64,000 bases of DNA from Candidatus Latescibacterota bacterium (GTDB lineage Bacteria; Latescibacterota; UBA2968; GCA-2709665): positions 1 to 64,000 of the forward strand of contig OZ241917.1 of NCBI GenBank assembly GCA_965203805.1. Reading direction: 5' to 3'. Below the pieces are notes generated by a model. That model was not told the origin of the DNA, did no database searches, and saw only the letters and a program-made list of their open reading frames with translations. This document shows, one piece after another, positions 1 through 10,331 of the stretch. Positions within the stretch are counted from its first letter, which is position 1, and each line of letters starts with the position of its first letter. The position numbers and the translations under genes are program-made.

Positions 1-517
1 GGGCGACCACGGCGGGAACCGGAACCGGCAGTACGCCGTGGCAACTTCGGGTGGTTCCGTGACCGAATCGAAGGGGAGAGGCGTAGACCCGTTCAACGCC
101 GAGATGTTCCAGGCCGATAACGGCGCCGGCGATGTCCGCGATGGCGTCTGCTGCGCCGACTTCGTGAAACTGGACGCGGTCGACGGAGATGCCGTGAACT
201 TCGGCTTCGGCTTCGGCGAGGCGGCGGAAGATGTCGCCGGCCTGCTGTCTGGCTCTGCTCGAGATGTCCGCGCCGTCGAGTATGCGCAGCACGTCATTCA
301 ATCCTCGATGCGCGTGTCCTTCTTTCGCGACGACGTCAATCTTTGTGGCGGCGATACCGTGCCGATGGACCCTCGCGGCCTGAAGGCGGACGCCATCCAG
401 GCGGAGTTTATCGAGTTCCCCCTGCAATACCTCGATACTCAGGCCCGCATCCACAAGCGCGCCAAGAATCATATCGCCGCTTATGCCGGCGTGGCAGTCG
501 AAGTGCGCAAGTCTCAA
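1..517 (-). CDS. larC: Nickel pincer cofactor biosynthesis protein LarC (5' part; runs off the window)
   Basis: Not in the ORF track. Manual minus-strand translation from TTG at 517 gives MRLAHFDCHAGISGDMILGALVDAG...AEAEVHG...VQFHEVGAADAIADI...CHGVLPVPVPA, which carries the LarC motifs GISGDM, FHEVG and HGxLPVP. Confidence 0.9.
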   Translation of the reverse strand, partial: MRLAHFDCHAGISGDMILGALVDAGLSIEVLQGELDKLRLDGVRLQAARVHRHGIAATKIDVVAKEGHAHRGLNDVLRILDGADISSRARQQAGDIFRRLAEAEAEVHGISVDRVQFHEVGAADAIADIAGAVIGLEHLGVERVYASPLRFGHGTTRSCHGVLPVPVPAVVA

Positions 518-693
518 GATGATACCCCTATGCGGGCCTGCAGCCGGCAGGGCGTGGGCAATGCCGGTCGACTGCTTTAAAACAGCTTCTTAGACGGGTA
601 TACTCTTCCTGGCGGCCCGGGGCGTCGATCGAATGGAAACGGGACGCATCGCCGCCGCGGCTTCGGGGTGCGGCGGGCTGCTCGCTCGCGAAT

Positions 694-2106
694 TCAATTC
701 GTCCCGGGCTGGCTGCTGTTGGACGAGGCAGGGGGGTGAGGAGATCCGGGCGGGGCCTGCAGGTTGGTCACGAGCGACGCCGTCGGGTCGTCGAACAGCG
801 CCAGCAGGAGGTCGCGCTGTCGCCTGAAGCTGGCCAGCAATTCCGGGGACAGCGGCCTGGCCCTGGATCGATTGACCACGCCGGCAGGGTTGCAGAGGCG
901 ATAACCCTTGCCGTTTCTGACATAGAAGTTGTAATGAAGGTGCGGCCCCGTGGAGCGTCCGGTCGATCCGACGAAGCCGATGGTCTGCTTCTGGCTGACG
1001 TACATGCCCTTCTTCAACCCGCGCGGGAACTTGCTCAGGTGGCCATAGCCGGTCTTGTAGCCGTTTGGATGCCGGATTTCGACGTAGTTGCCGAGAGCGC
1101 CTTTCCAACCTTTATAAACAACCTTACCCGGGGCGGTCGCCCAGACTCGCGTGCCGTACGCCGCGGCATAGTCGATGCCGTGGTGCGGCAGGTACTTTTT
1201 CAGGATCGGGTGGAACCGGCGGTTGGAATAACCCGAACTGATTCGGCGGTAGTTGAGGGGAGACTTGAGAAACAGGCCGCGTAGCGACTTGCCGTTCGCA
1301 TCGTAATAGGCCACCTGGCCGTCGGGCGATTCAAACCGAAAGGCCTGATGGTTTTTTCGTGCCGTCTGGTATTCGGACGAAAGGATGTCCCCATACCGAA
1401 GGAATCGGCCGTCCTTATAGAACTTCTCCAGTGCCAGGGCAAAACGGTCGCCGGCGCGGCAATCGACCATGAAGTCGATTTCGTATTCGAAGATGCCGGA
1501 CATCTTTCCGGTCAGCACATCGGCTTCTTCGCCGGTTTCAGACAGGGCGTTCCAGAGGGTCGTCCGGATTTCGCCTGTTACGACGGCAACCCGGCGTTCA
1601 AGGGGCATGCGCTCTTTGTACGCGCTCAGGCCGCCGTTCTTTCGCGCGGCGACATACCGTGTTTCTGCAGCGCCTTTCTTGATGAACTCAAAGGCCTGAA
1701 TCGCGCCCAGGCTGTCTATACGCAATGTGTAACGGTCTCCGGTCCGGACGACTCTGGGATCGAATTCCTTCCGGGGAATCCCCGTTTTCAAGGCATTGAG
1801 CAACTCGTGGATCCGGGACGGCGCGACGTCCTCACGGTTCAGCGCGTCCCAGAATGTCTCTCTGTGACGGATGCGCCCGACGATTCCCGAGAATTGCGGG
1901 TCGGGGTCAGCCGCAATTGACGCTGCAACAGGGGGCGTTTCCGGGGCGAGAGCGGGATTTTGCAGGGTCTCGATATCGGACGTCCGGGAAGCCGTGAGCC
2001 AGATCAGTGCCGCGAGGGGCAGGTAGATCGGTACAAACTTCACCAGCCTGAACCGGCGGCCGAATCGTGAACGTCGGTTCGTGCGGTAAGGGTTACGTAT
2101 TCGCAT
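694..2106 (-). CDS. M23 family peptidoglycan DD-metalloendopeptidase (MepM/Csd3-like) with an N-terminal membrane anchor
   Basis: HHGIDYAA and GRSTGPHLHY zinc motifs. Start moved to ATG 2106 (MRIRNPY..., followed by a hydrophobic segment). Confidence 0.9.
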   Translation of the reverse strand: MRIRNPYRTNRRSRFGRRFRLVKFVPIYLPLAALIWLTASRTSDIETLQNPALAPETPPVAASIAADPDPQFSGIVGRIRHRETFWDALNREDVAPSRIHELLNALKTGIPRKEFDPRVVRTGDRYTLRIDSLGAIQAFEFIKKGAAETRYVAARKNGGLSAYKERMPLERRVAVVTGEIRTTLWNALSETGEEADVLTGKMSGIFEYEIDFMVDCRAGDRFALALEKFYKDGRFLRYGDILSSEYQTARKNHQAFRFESPDGQVAYYDANGKSLRGLFLKSPLNYRRISSGYSNRRFHPILKKYLPHHGIDYAAAYGTRVWATAPGKVVYKGWKGALGNYVEIRHPNGYKTGYGHLSKFPRGLKKGMYVSQKQTIGFVGSTGRSTGPHLHYNFYVRNGKGYRLCNPAGVVNRSRARPLSPELLASFRRQRDLLLALFDDPTASLVTNLQAPPGSPHPPASSNSSQPGTN

Positions 2107-2218
2107 ATAGGTTCGTTGCCCGGAAGGCCGGAGGGGGTCGGGGGACCAGACGACGGATCCGGCGGATACAAGCGGAAAAGTGACGTAACTCGTTGTTCTG
2201 AGGGAAGAACAGCGTCTG

Positions 2219-2247
2219 AAGATAGGACAAAACGCACATTCTGTCAA
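2219..2247 (-). promoter_or_regulatory. sigma70-type promoter of the M23 peptidase gene
   Basis: TTGACA-N17-TATCTT on the minus strand. Confidence 0.65.
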
Positions 2248-2321
2248 CCCAATTTTTCCTTGCCTCCGGAGCTCCGGGTCGTTACCCTCATATGGTTGAC
2301 GTGAATACAGGGGACAGGTAA

Positions 2322-3404
2322 ATGACGGGATTTTCGACGTCCGGCGGCCGTGTCGACCTCAAGGGATACTATCCGGAGGAACTCGAGGCGCTGGTGACTT
2401 CACTCGGGTTGGAGGCCTATCGCGCCCGGCAGATCGCCGCGTGGATTTACAATCGCGGCGTCACCGACTTCACGGAGATGACCGACCTCGCCACGGCGGT
2501 TCGCGCCACGCTCGCGCAGCGTGCGTCCATATTGAACCTTAGAGTGGCGGCACGGGCGGGCGCCGGTGGCGGCGACACCGTGAAATACCTGTTTGAACTT
2601 CCGGACGGCAAGCGTGTGGAGAGCGTACTGATGCGCGACGGGAGGCGCCGTACCCTGTGCGTTTCGTCGCAGGCAGGATGCCCGCTGGATTGTACGTTCT
2701 GTGCCACCGGTCGGATGGGGCTGCTCCGCAACCTCTCCGCCAGCGAAATTCTGGATCAGGTGATTTGCGTCCGCCGCGAATTGAGAGCGCGCGGAGACGA
2801 CCTGACCAACGTGGTGATGATGGGAATGGGGGAGCCGCTGTTGAACTACGGGAACGTCGTACGCGCGGTCCGGCTGATGAATCTGGATTACGGACTCGCG
2901 ATCGGAATCCGCAGGATCACGCTCTCCACCGTCGGCTACGTACCCGGCATATTGAGGTTGGCCAGGGAGGGATTGAAGGTTGGCCTTGCGGTTTCCCTGA
3001 ACGCGACTGACGATGAACAGCGCTCGCGAATCATGTCGATCAACCGGCGCTGGCCGATCGCCGAACTCCTGGCCGCCGTCAGGGCCTATAGAAAACGGAT
3101 TGAGCGGCCGGTGACGTTCGAGTATGTCCTTCTGCACGGGTTTAACGATTCGACGGAAGATGCCGGTCGCCTGGTCGCGCTGGTTCGGAATATCGGGTGC
3201 AAAGTCAACGTCATTCCCTGGAATCCGGTCGATGGCGCGCCATTTGCGCGGCCGCCCGCGATAGCGGTGGACCGGTTTGTGCAGGTCCTCAGGAATGCGC
3301 ATCTGACAACCACGGTACGGCACAGCAAAGGGGTGGACATCGCGGCCGGATGCGGTCAACTCTATATCCGTCCCGAGGCTGCGGAAACCGCTTCGGACCT
3401 CTGA
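2322..3404 (+). CDS. rlmN: 23S rRNA (adenine2503-C2)-methyltransferase RlmN (radical SAM)
   Basis: CVSSQAGCPLDCTFCATG, MGMGEP and C-terminal AGCGQL. Confidence 0.95.
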   Translation: MTGFSTSGGRVDLKGYYPEELEALVTSLGLEAYRARQIAAWIYNRGVTDFTEMTDLATAVRATLAQRASILNLRVAARAGAGGGDTVKYLFELPDGKRVESVLMRDGRRRTLCVSSQAGCPLDCTFCATGRMGLLRNLSASEILDQVICVRRELRARGDDLTNVVMMGMGEPLLNYGNVVRAVRLMNLDYGLAIGIRRITLSTVGYVPGILRLAREGLKVGLAVSLNATDDEQRSRIMSINRRWPIAELLAAVRAYRKRIERPVTFEYVLLHGFNDSTEDAGRLVALVRNIGCKVNVIPWNPVDGAPFARPPAIAVDRFVQVLRNAHLTTTVRHSKGVDIAAGCGQLYIRPEAAETASDL

Positions 3405-3435
3405 TTGGACCGGCCAGTCGCGCGGGACAAATGAC

Positions 3436-3464
3436 TTGATTTTTTTATAAAGATATGATATATT
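3436..3464 (+). promoter_or_regulatory. sigma70-type promoter upstream of murA
   Basis: TTGATT-N17-TATATT in an AT-rich gap. Confidence 0.55.
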
Positions 3465-3531
3465 GTAACTTATCGAGATTTATGCAGAATGTCCGTTCGC
3501 AGGACCGAGCATTGCCGGAGCGCGTGTTCCT

Positions 3532-4824
3532 ATGGAACAGTTCGTAATCGAAGGCGGATTTCCACTTTCCGGAGCCATCACGCCCATCGGAAACAAGAAT
3601 GCCGCACTGACACTCCTTGCGGCGACGCTGTTGACGGACGAGACGGTGGTATTGAAGAACGCCCCGCCGATTGGAGACGTACTCACGCTGGTCAGGCTCC
3701 TCCGCGATCTGGGCGTCTCGGTCCGGCATACGGGCCGGACCGAACTGACCGCGTGCGCCGCCTCGCTGCGTAACACCGCTTTGAATCCCGATCTGTGCAG
3801 CAAAGCCCGCGGGAGTATTCTGCTGGCAGGCCCGCTGCTGGCCAGACACGGTCGTGCGACCACGCCGCGGCCGGGCGGCGACAAGATCGGCCGCCGCCGC
3901 CTGGATACCCATCTGCGGGCCCTGGAGGCCCTCGGCGTGCGCATCCGTACCAACCACGTCTACGAAATGCGCGCGCCGGGCGGCTTGACGGGCGCCGACA
4001 TTTTTCTGGATGAGCGAAGCGTCACCGGCACCGAGAACGCGGTCATGGCATCCACACTGGCCGAGGGCACGACCGTCATCCGCAACGCCGCGTGTGAACC
4101 GCACGTGCAGGAGTTGTGCCATCTGCTCAACGCCATGGGCGGACGGATTTCGGGTGTGGGAACGAATGAACTGACCATTGAAGGCGTAAAAACGCTCAGC
4201 GGCGGCGAGCACACCATCGGTCCCGATTATATGGAAGTCGGAAGCTTCATCGGCCTCGCGGCCGTCACCAGCGGCGAGATACGGATACGAGACGCGGCGC
4301 CGCATCAGATGCGCCGGAGTCTGATGGTATTCGAGCGGCTCGGCGTCGAGGTGGAGATCGACGGAGCCGATATTCTCGTTTCTGACCGACAGAAGCTGGA
4401 GATCGTCCGGGACGTCGGAGACGCGATTCCGAAAATTTCGGACGATCCCTGGCCGGGTTTCCCGGCCGATCTGATGAGCATCGCGCTCGTGGTGGCCACA
4501 CAGGCGCGGGGAACCGTCCTGTTTTTCGAGAAAATGTACGAGAGTCGCCTCTTCTGGCTGGATCGGCTGATCGAGATGGGCGCCGAGATCATCATCTGCG
4601 ACCCCCACCGGGCGGTTGTTGCAGGGCCGTCGAAGCTATATGGTGAGCGGATTACGAGTCCCGATATCCGGGCAGGAATGGCGTTGCTGATCGCCAGTCT
4701 GTGCGCCGAAGGCCGGAGCGTGATCCGGAACATCGAACAGATCGATCGCGGGTACGACGACATCGACGGTCGTCTACGCGCGCTTGGCGCCCGGATCGAA
4801 CGTGTTCCCGTACCCCTGGATTGA
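3532..4824 (+). CDS. murA: UDP-N-acetylglucosamine 1-carboxyvinyltransferase (Asp at the fosfomycin-target Cys position)
   Basis: [37 protein letters not shown] and PDIRAG. Confidence 0.95.
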   Translation: MEQFVIEGGFPLSGAITPIGNKNAALTLLAATLLTDETVVLKNAPPIGDVLTLVRLLRDLGVSVRHTGRTELTACAASLRNTALNPDLCSKARGSILLAGPLLARHGRATTPRPGGDKIGRRRLDTHLRALEALGVRIRTNHVYEMRAPGGLTGADIFLDERSVTGTENAVMASTLAEGTTVIRNAACEPHVQELCHLLNAMGGRISGVGTNELTIEGVKTLSGGEHTIGPDYMEVGSFIGLAAVTSGEIRIRDAAPHQMRRSLMVFERLGVEVEIDGADILVSDRQKLEIVRDVGDAIPKISDDPWPGFPADLMSIALVVATQARGTVLFFEKMYESRLFWLDRLIEMGAEIIICDPHRAVVAGPSKLYGERITSPDIRAGMALLIASLCAEGRSVIRNIEQIDRGYDDIDGRLRALGARIERVPVPLD

Positions 4825-4829
4825 ATGTC

Positions 4830-6197
4830 ATGCCATCTGCCCGCGACACGGCAATCGAAGTGGTCCGACGCCTCCACGCGCACGGGTTCAGGGCTTTACT
4901 GGCCGGCGGTTGCGTGCGGGATCTCCTGCTCGGGTTGGAACCCCGGGATTACGACGTCGCAACCGATGCCGATCCCAATCAGGTGATCGGCATTTTCCAA
5001 CGCGCACAGCCCGTGGGCGCCCACTTTGGCGTTGTGAAGGTGCGGCTTGGTGGGCACGCGTTCGAGGTCGCCCGTTTTCGACGTGATCTGGGCTACGGCG
5101 ACGGACGCCACCCCGACGCGGTGGAATTTGCGGACGAAACCGAAGACGCCCGGCGTCGGGATTTCACCGTTAACGGGATGTTCTGGGATCCCCTGACGGA
5201 CCGGGTGATGGATTACGTGGGCGGACAGGCGGACCTGAGGGGGAAAGTAATCCGAACCATCGGCGCCGCCGGTGATCGGTTTTCGGAAGACCGCCTGCGG
5301 ATGATGAGGGCCGTGCGTTTCGGCTGCCGTTTCCACTGGAGAATCGACGGCGCCACGTTTTCGGCGATACGGCGTTTGAGCGGAAACCTCACGGAGGTCA
5401 GCAAGGAACGCATCCGGGACGAATTCGTCAGAATTCTGATCGAGGGTGGCGCGCCTCAAGGGGTGAGATGGCTGATCGATTCCGGACTGATCGCCGGCAT
5501 CGTTCCGGAGGTGCCGGCGCTCGACGGCGTCGCCCAACCGCCGGAGTTTCATCCGGAAGGGGACGTGCTGACCCACACCCTTATCATGCTGGGGCTGATG
5601 CGAAATCCGTCACCGGAATTGGCCATGGCGGTGCTGTTGCACGACGTGGGCAAGCCCGCCACGTTTGAATCCGCCGACCGTATTCGTTTCGACAATCACG
5701 CCCGCGTGGGCGCACGGATGACGGAAGCGATATGTCGCCGGCTTCGTTTTTCCGGGGAGGCGACCCGCCACATCGTTCGACTGGTGGCGGACCACCACCG
5801 GTTTATGCACGTACGCCAGATGCGCAAGAGCAAGCTGAAGCGGTTTTTGCGGATGGAGCGATTTGAAGAGCACCTGGAATTGCACAGGGTCGACTGTTTG
5901 TCCAGCCACGGGAATCTGGAGAATTACATGTTCTGCCGGCATGCCCTGGAGACGCTGGAGCCCGACGAGATTCGACCGGAGCCGATGGTTACGGGCCGGG
6001 ACCTCATCGAACTCGGCTACACGCCGGGACCGGCCTTCAAGGCGGCGCTCAGGGCCGTGGAAGACGGGCAACTCGAAGGCCGCGTTAAAGACCGTGAAAG
6101 TGCGCTGCGTGTCGCACGGGGTCGGATTGACAGGGTCGTGGAGGCCGCGCGCACAGGTCCGGCCGATAACGGATCCGGGGGGGAAACCGCGGATTAG
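4830..6197 (+). CDS. CCA tRNA nucleotidyltransferase / poly(A) polymerase family with HD domain
   Basis: GGCVRDLLLG..PRDYDVAT, RRDFTVN, EDRLRMMRAVRF and LLHDVGKP. Start at ATG 4830 just after the murA stop. Confidence 0.9.
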   Translation: MPSARDTAIEVVRRLHAHGFRALLAGGCVRDLLLGLEPRDYDVATDADPNQVIGIFQRAQPVGAHFGVVKVRLGGHAFEVARFRRDLGYGDGRHPDAVEFADETEDARRRDFTVNGMFWDPLTDRVMDYVGGQADLRGKVIRTIGAAGDRFSEDRLRMMRAVRFGCRFHWRIDGATFSAIRRLSGNLTEVSKERIRDEFVRILIEGGAPQGVRWLIDSGLIAGIVPEVPALDGVAQPPEFHPEGDVLTHTLIMLGLMRNPSPELAMAVLLHDVGKPATFESADRIRFDNHARVGARMTEAICRRLRFSGEATRHIVRLVADHHRFMHVRQMRKSKLKRFLRMERFEEHLELHRVDCLSSHGNLENYMFCRHALETLEPDEIRPEPMVTGRDLIELGYTPGPAFKAALRAVEDGQLEGRVKDRESALRVARGRIDRVVEAARTGPADNGSGGETAD

Positions 6198-6329
6198 CGG
6201 CGGCCGTTCCGCGCTGTCCGTTCGCGGCGTCGGGGTGCATGGTTGGAACCATCGCCGCACAGCGGCGTTTCCAGTTTGAGAAGCCCGCTCTACCTTACCG
6301 ATTCACTCCTGCTTCGCGACGGGTGTTTG

Positions 6330-6905
6330 ATGTCCGGTCCGATTCGATTCGCAGTGATCATCGTCATACTCGCCAGCTGGGCTCCTCGGCCCGGCGCGAC
6401 GTCCGTTGTACGGTTCGCGTTCGATTCGCTGTGTGAAAAAGCGGAGACGATCGCCCACGTTCAGTGCGTGTCGCGCCGAAGTTTCCTGGATGAAGGCCGG
6501 GGGGAAATCGTAACGGAGCACCGGTTCCGGGTGATTACGCCTGTCAAGGGAAATCCCGGCGGCGAAATCGTCCTCACGCTGCCGGGGGGTACCGCCGAAG
6601 GCCACAGACTTTACATTCCCGGTATTCCCGCGTTCGGCGTCGACGAAGAGGCCGTTCTGTTCCTCACGGCCCCGGACATGCACGGATCGCCGTGGCCTCT
6701 CGGCCTCGGACAGGGCTGTTACCGCGTACCGGAGACCCGGGAGGGCCGCGCGCAGGTCAGGATGCAACCCGGTACCACGCCTCTGCCTGCGGGAGCGCTC
6801 TTCAAGCCCGCCCTCGGCCCACTCGCCCGGCCCTTCAATGTGCCGCTGCAGCATTTTCTTCATCAGATCCGGCTGACGATTCCCGAAGTGTCCGACGAAA
6901 GGTGA
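6330..6905 (+). CDS. Hypothetical secreted protein
   Basis: Signal-peptide-like N-terminus (MSGPIRFAVIIVILAS..) and an LPGG...PGIPAF...EEAVLFL...GLGQG pattern seen in small secreted beta-rich proteins. Confidence 0.65.
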   Translation: MSGPIRFAVIIVILASWAPRPGATSVVRFAFDSLCEKAETIAHVQCVSRRSFLDEGRGEIVTEHRFRVITPVKGNPGGEIVLTLPGGTAEGHRLYIPGIPAFGVDEEAVLFLTAPDMHGSPWPLGLGQGCYRVPETREGRAQVRMQPGTTPLPAGALFKPALGPLARPFNVPLQHFLHQIRLTIPEVSDER

Positions 6906-7196
6906 GATGCAGGAGGAGGTCCGGCGCCGGCGAGCGGACGGCCGCGATGGCCGCCGGCTTTTACATAGCAAAAGGCGGTTGCGGGATCAACGGATGCATG
7001 CTCGCCTTCATCCATTGATCCTTTTTATTTTGCTTGACTTTGATCCCACATTGTTGCATCATATTCGTGCGGTATTTTTGTTCCCCTATGTGCTTGTAAA
7101 GTACTGATTTTAAGTGACTTTGGCACATTCGGCATGCTTCGAGGGCGGCGTTGTGCCCTTTTTTTGTTGGCTTCGAACCGGGAAGGAGGCGCAGTA

Positions 7197-8390
7197 ATGT
7201 ACAAACTGCATTTTGACATTCGGGACATCTTTCGGGTGGTTCGGCTGGGATGGTCCGGAAAGAAGATCTGGGTGGGTTTGTGCGGTACGCTGATTGCCTA
7301 CGCGGGGTACACCATCCTGGCCATTGCCGACCACCTTCTGGCAGGGGCTGCGCTCCGGGAGATCTGGGACACGTACGGGCTCTTTCCCGGTACCGCTCCC
7401 TTTCCGGCCACACTGGCCGGCACGGCCATCGACGTGGTCGCAATGCTGTACGTCTGGATCGTCGTTCTCCTGACGGTATGCACGATCTGCAAGATCACCT
7501 ACCAGCAACTGAAGGGGGATGATTTTTATTCCTCGGGCGACGCATGGAGATTCATCATTCAGAACTGGGGGGGTGTGGTCTGGGGGCCGGTGGCCACGCT
7601 GGCGCTGTTCATCTTCTTCGTTGTCGCCGGGATCGTCATCGGATGGCTGGCCGGGATGATTCCATGGGCTGGTGAACTGGCATTCGGGATTCTCTTTATT
7701 CCGATCTTCTTCGCCGCGCTGGTCGCTGTCTTCATTTCAATCGCGTTTGTTGTGTCCATCACCATGGCTCCGGCCGTCGTGGGGACGGTCGGCGAAGACG
7801 CGCTCGAGGTGGCCATCCAGTCTTTTTCGTTGGCCTGGAGCCAACCCTGGCGGTTGGTACTTTATCTGGTCTGGATGAAGATTTCCGTCTCGATAGGGGC
7901 CATCTTGCTGGGAATCTTTATGGCCTCCGCAATGAGCCTGGTCAGCTGGGCCTGCGGCCTGTTCATGAAAGAGAAACTCGCCAATCTGGTGTACGTCGCG
8001 GGACAGTATGTTCCCTATGACTTCACCCGGAGCGAATGGTTGTCGATGGACATGACGGCGTTTCTGCCGGCTGCCGGCAACCCGACAGGGTCCGAACTGC
8101 TGGCTGGCGGCATTCTGGGCGTGATGCTGATTCTGCTCACGGCCATTCTCAGCTCTTACGCCCTGTCCGCGTACGCTTCGGGCATCAGTCTGATCTACGT
8201 GATTCTCAGGAAGCGCAAGGACGACGAGAATCTTCTCGAATGGGAAGACGACGAGTCGGAGCAGGACGAGGAACAACCCGGTGACGCGGAGGCGACCGGG
8301 AGCAATGACGAGGAGACGGGTGACGACTCGTCCGCGGCATCGGAGAACGGAGACGGTGAGGCGTCGGACACGGAATCGGAAAAGGACTGA
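7197..8390 (+). CDS. Multi-pass membrane protein with an acidic C-terminal tail
   Basis: Strong SD (GGAGG) before ATG 7197, several hydrophobic helices and a D/E-rich tail. Confidence 0.8.
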   Translation: MYKLHFDIRDIFRVVRLGWSGKKIWVGLCGTLIAYAGYTILAIADHLLAGAALREIWDTYGLFPGTAPFPATLAGTAIDVVAMLYVWIVVLLTVCTICKITYQQLKGDDFYSSGDAWRFIIQNWGGVVWGPVATLALFIFFVVAGIVIGWLAGMIPWAGELAFGILFIPIFFAALVAVFISIAFVVSITMAPAVVGTVGEDALEVAIQSFSLAWSQPWRLVLYLVWMKISVSIGAILLGIFMASAMSLVSWACGLFMKEKLANLVYVAGQYVPYDFTRSEWLSMDMTAFLPAAGNPTGSELLAGGILGVMLILLTAILSSYALSAYASGISLIYVILRKRKDDENLLEWEDDESEQDEEQPGDAEATGSNDEETGDDSSAASENGDGEASDTESEKD

Positions 8391-8409
8391 CGGCCGGCAT
8401 TCAGGAAAC

Positions 8410-9405
8410 GTGCTTGCGGACGTGGCGGCCGACGCGCGCCTGGCCGAAGGGCCGGAAGGCGTTCGACGGATTCTGAGAGCCGTCTATCGGACGGGCACGC
8501 TGCCGGTTCGGGACCTGTCGCGGGAGACGGGTCTGCCGGTGCCGGTGGTGGCAGCGGTTCGCGGCGAGTTGGAAAAACGGGGGTGGGTGGAGCGGCGAGG
8601 GGGAGTCGTCCTTTCTTCTGCCGGTCGGAGTGCGGTTGAAAAACGCCTGGGCCTGGGTTGCCGGCGGCGGTTTCGCAGGCCGGCTTTTCCCGTTCTGGAC
8701 GACGATATGCGTTGTTTGCGGGCACGGATGGAGGCGTACGGGGAGCGCAGGCCGGCTGTCGACGTGCGGCTGGACCAATCCCATGCGACGGCGGAAACCG
8801 CGTTGCGCCGCGCCGTGTATCTGTTTGAGAACGACGGTCTCGAAGGACGGGACATCCTGATCCTGGGAGACGACGACCTGACTTCCCTGGCGATCGGCCT
8901 TCTGGCGGAATTCCTGGGGGTTTCGGTGCGCCGGCTGGTGGTGCTGGAATGCGACGCGCGCCTGGTGGCCTTTCTGAACGCCGCATCGGGTGAGACACCG
9001 CAAACCATCGAGGCCGTCGAACACGACCTGAGGGCCGATCTGCCCGGCGAATTGGTCTCCGGTTTCGATGTGTTCCTCACCGATCCGCCATACACACTTG
9101 CCGGGTTGTCGTTGTTCGTCTCCCGGGGCGCAGCCGGACTTCGGCAGGAGGCGGGCAAGCAGGGTTACGTCTGTTTCGGAAGCCGGAGGCCGGAGGAAAC
9201 CGTAGCCGCCGTGGCCGAAATCACGGAGACCGGGCTTGCTCCGGTCGAGATTATTCCGGATTTCAATCGGTACGTGGGCGCCCAGATGCTCGCCGGTGTC
9301 AGTCATCTGATCCGCACGGTTTCGGCGGCCCGGCTGACACCACAGGTCCAGGGGTTCTATGAAGGCGCCCTCTACACGGCCGACCGGACGCGGATAACGG
9401 GATGA
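8410..9405 (+). CDS. Branched-chain polyamine synthase BpsA-like (N4-bis(aminopropyl)spermidine synthase / DUF43 family) with an HTH-like N-terminus
   Basis: LDQSHATAETALRRA, LEGRDILILGDDDLTSLA, HDLR and FDVFLTDPPYT motifs. GTG start at 8410. Confidence 0.8.
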   Translation: MLADVAADARLAEGPEGVRRILRAVYRTGTLPVRDLSRETGLPVPVVAAVRGELEKRGWVERRGGVVLSSAGRSAVEKRLGLGCRRRFRRPAFPVLDDDMRCLRARMEAYGERRPAVDVRLDQSHATAETALRRAVYLFENDGLEGRDILILGDDDLTSLAIGLLAEFLGVSVRRLVVLECDARLVAFLNAASGETPQTIEAVEHDLRADLPGELVSGFDVFLTDPPYTLAGLSLFVSRGAAGLRQEAGKQGYVCFGSRRPEETVAAVAEITETGLAPVEIIPDFNRYVGAQMLAGVSHLIRTVSAARLTPQVQGFYEGALYTADRTRITG

Positions 9406-10331
9406 ATCTGCCGTTCGCAGCCGAATCCGTTCACCCCGGGCATACGAGCCGGTTGCAGGGAATATTCGCGTCCGCCCGTAAGAACGCCTGGTGTTACTAC
9501 GCCCCGTTTATCTGCTGTTTCAGCCTGCCTCCGGCGAGGGAAGTGTTCGTGGCCGAACACGATGGCGCACTCTGGCTTCCCGTGCGCCGCGCCGCGAGGA
9601 ACGGCCGCGTCTGGTTCGATTTCGTGGTACCTCCGATTCCGCTTTCCGCACCGTCTCTCGTTGCGATGCTGGACGAGATCCGTGAGATCAACGGCGGCCG
9701 CTGTCCGCGTATTCTGTGGCTGGATGAGGAGGACAGGCGGCGCATGGCGCCTGATGGACTGGACGTCATCATCCGGTCGCGCGAATATCTGTACGTACCT
9801 TCGAAGGTCGTGGCGGCGGCGGGGCGGCCGTACCGTGACGTGCGGAAGCGGCTCAGACGCATACGGAGAGAGGCGGACCCGCATTTTCGGAAAATGACGC
9901 CCGCCGACATGCCGGCCTGCCACGCGTTGTTGCGAACCTGGAGGAAGCGGCAGGGTCGCAAACGGGAATTCCTGCTTGACTGGGGATATACCCGGTCTGC
10001 GCTCTCGATGTACGGGCATTGGAATTCGGAAGAACTCCAGGGGTGGTGCGTGGAGGTGGATGGCCGGGTCGCGGCTTTCGCGTTCGCCGGACGCATGCAC
10101 GCCGGGATGGCGAATTTCTTCGTGGCGAAAACGGATCCCGGCGTCCGGGGACTGTCGGAATATCTGCGGACGGAGGTCTGCCGGGCGCTGATGGACTACG
10201 ATCTTGTCAATGACGCCGGAGACCTGGGGCTGCCGGGCTTGCGGCAGCATAAGCGGAAGTTCAGGCCCGTCGGGCGGATACCCGTATACAGCGCATCGTA
10301 TTCGGTCCCAACACAAGGAGGCTGTACTTGA
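9402..10331 (+). CDS. DUF2156 / aminoacyl-phosphatidylglycerol synthase C-terminal-like GNAT-fold protein
   Basis: EYLY...G..Y...RK, AKTD..VRGL and VNDAGDLGLPGLRQHKRKFRP pattern. 4-nt overlap with the upstream gene. Confidence 0.75.
   Translation: MNLPFAAESVHPGHTSRLQGIFASARKNAWCYYAPFICCFSLPPAREVFVAEHDGALWLPVRRAARNGRVWFDFVVPPIPLSAPSLVAMLDEIREINGGRCPRILWLDEEDRRRMAPDGLDVIIRSREYLYVPSKVVAAAGRPYRDVRKRLRRIRREADPHFRKMTPADMPACHALLRTWRKRQGRKREFLLDWGYTRSALSMYGHWNSEELQGWCVEVDGRVAAFAFAGRMHAGMANFFVAKTDPGVRGLSEYLRTEVCRALMDYDLVNDAGDLGLPGLRQHKRKFRPVGRIPVYSASYSVPTQGGCT

Noticed and set aside
38-580. 180-aa plus-strand ORF
   Set aside because: Antisense shadow of larC; the minus strand carries the conserved motifs.
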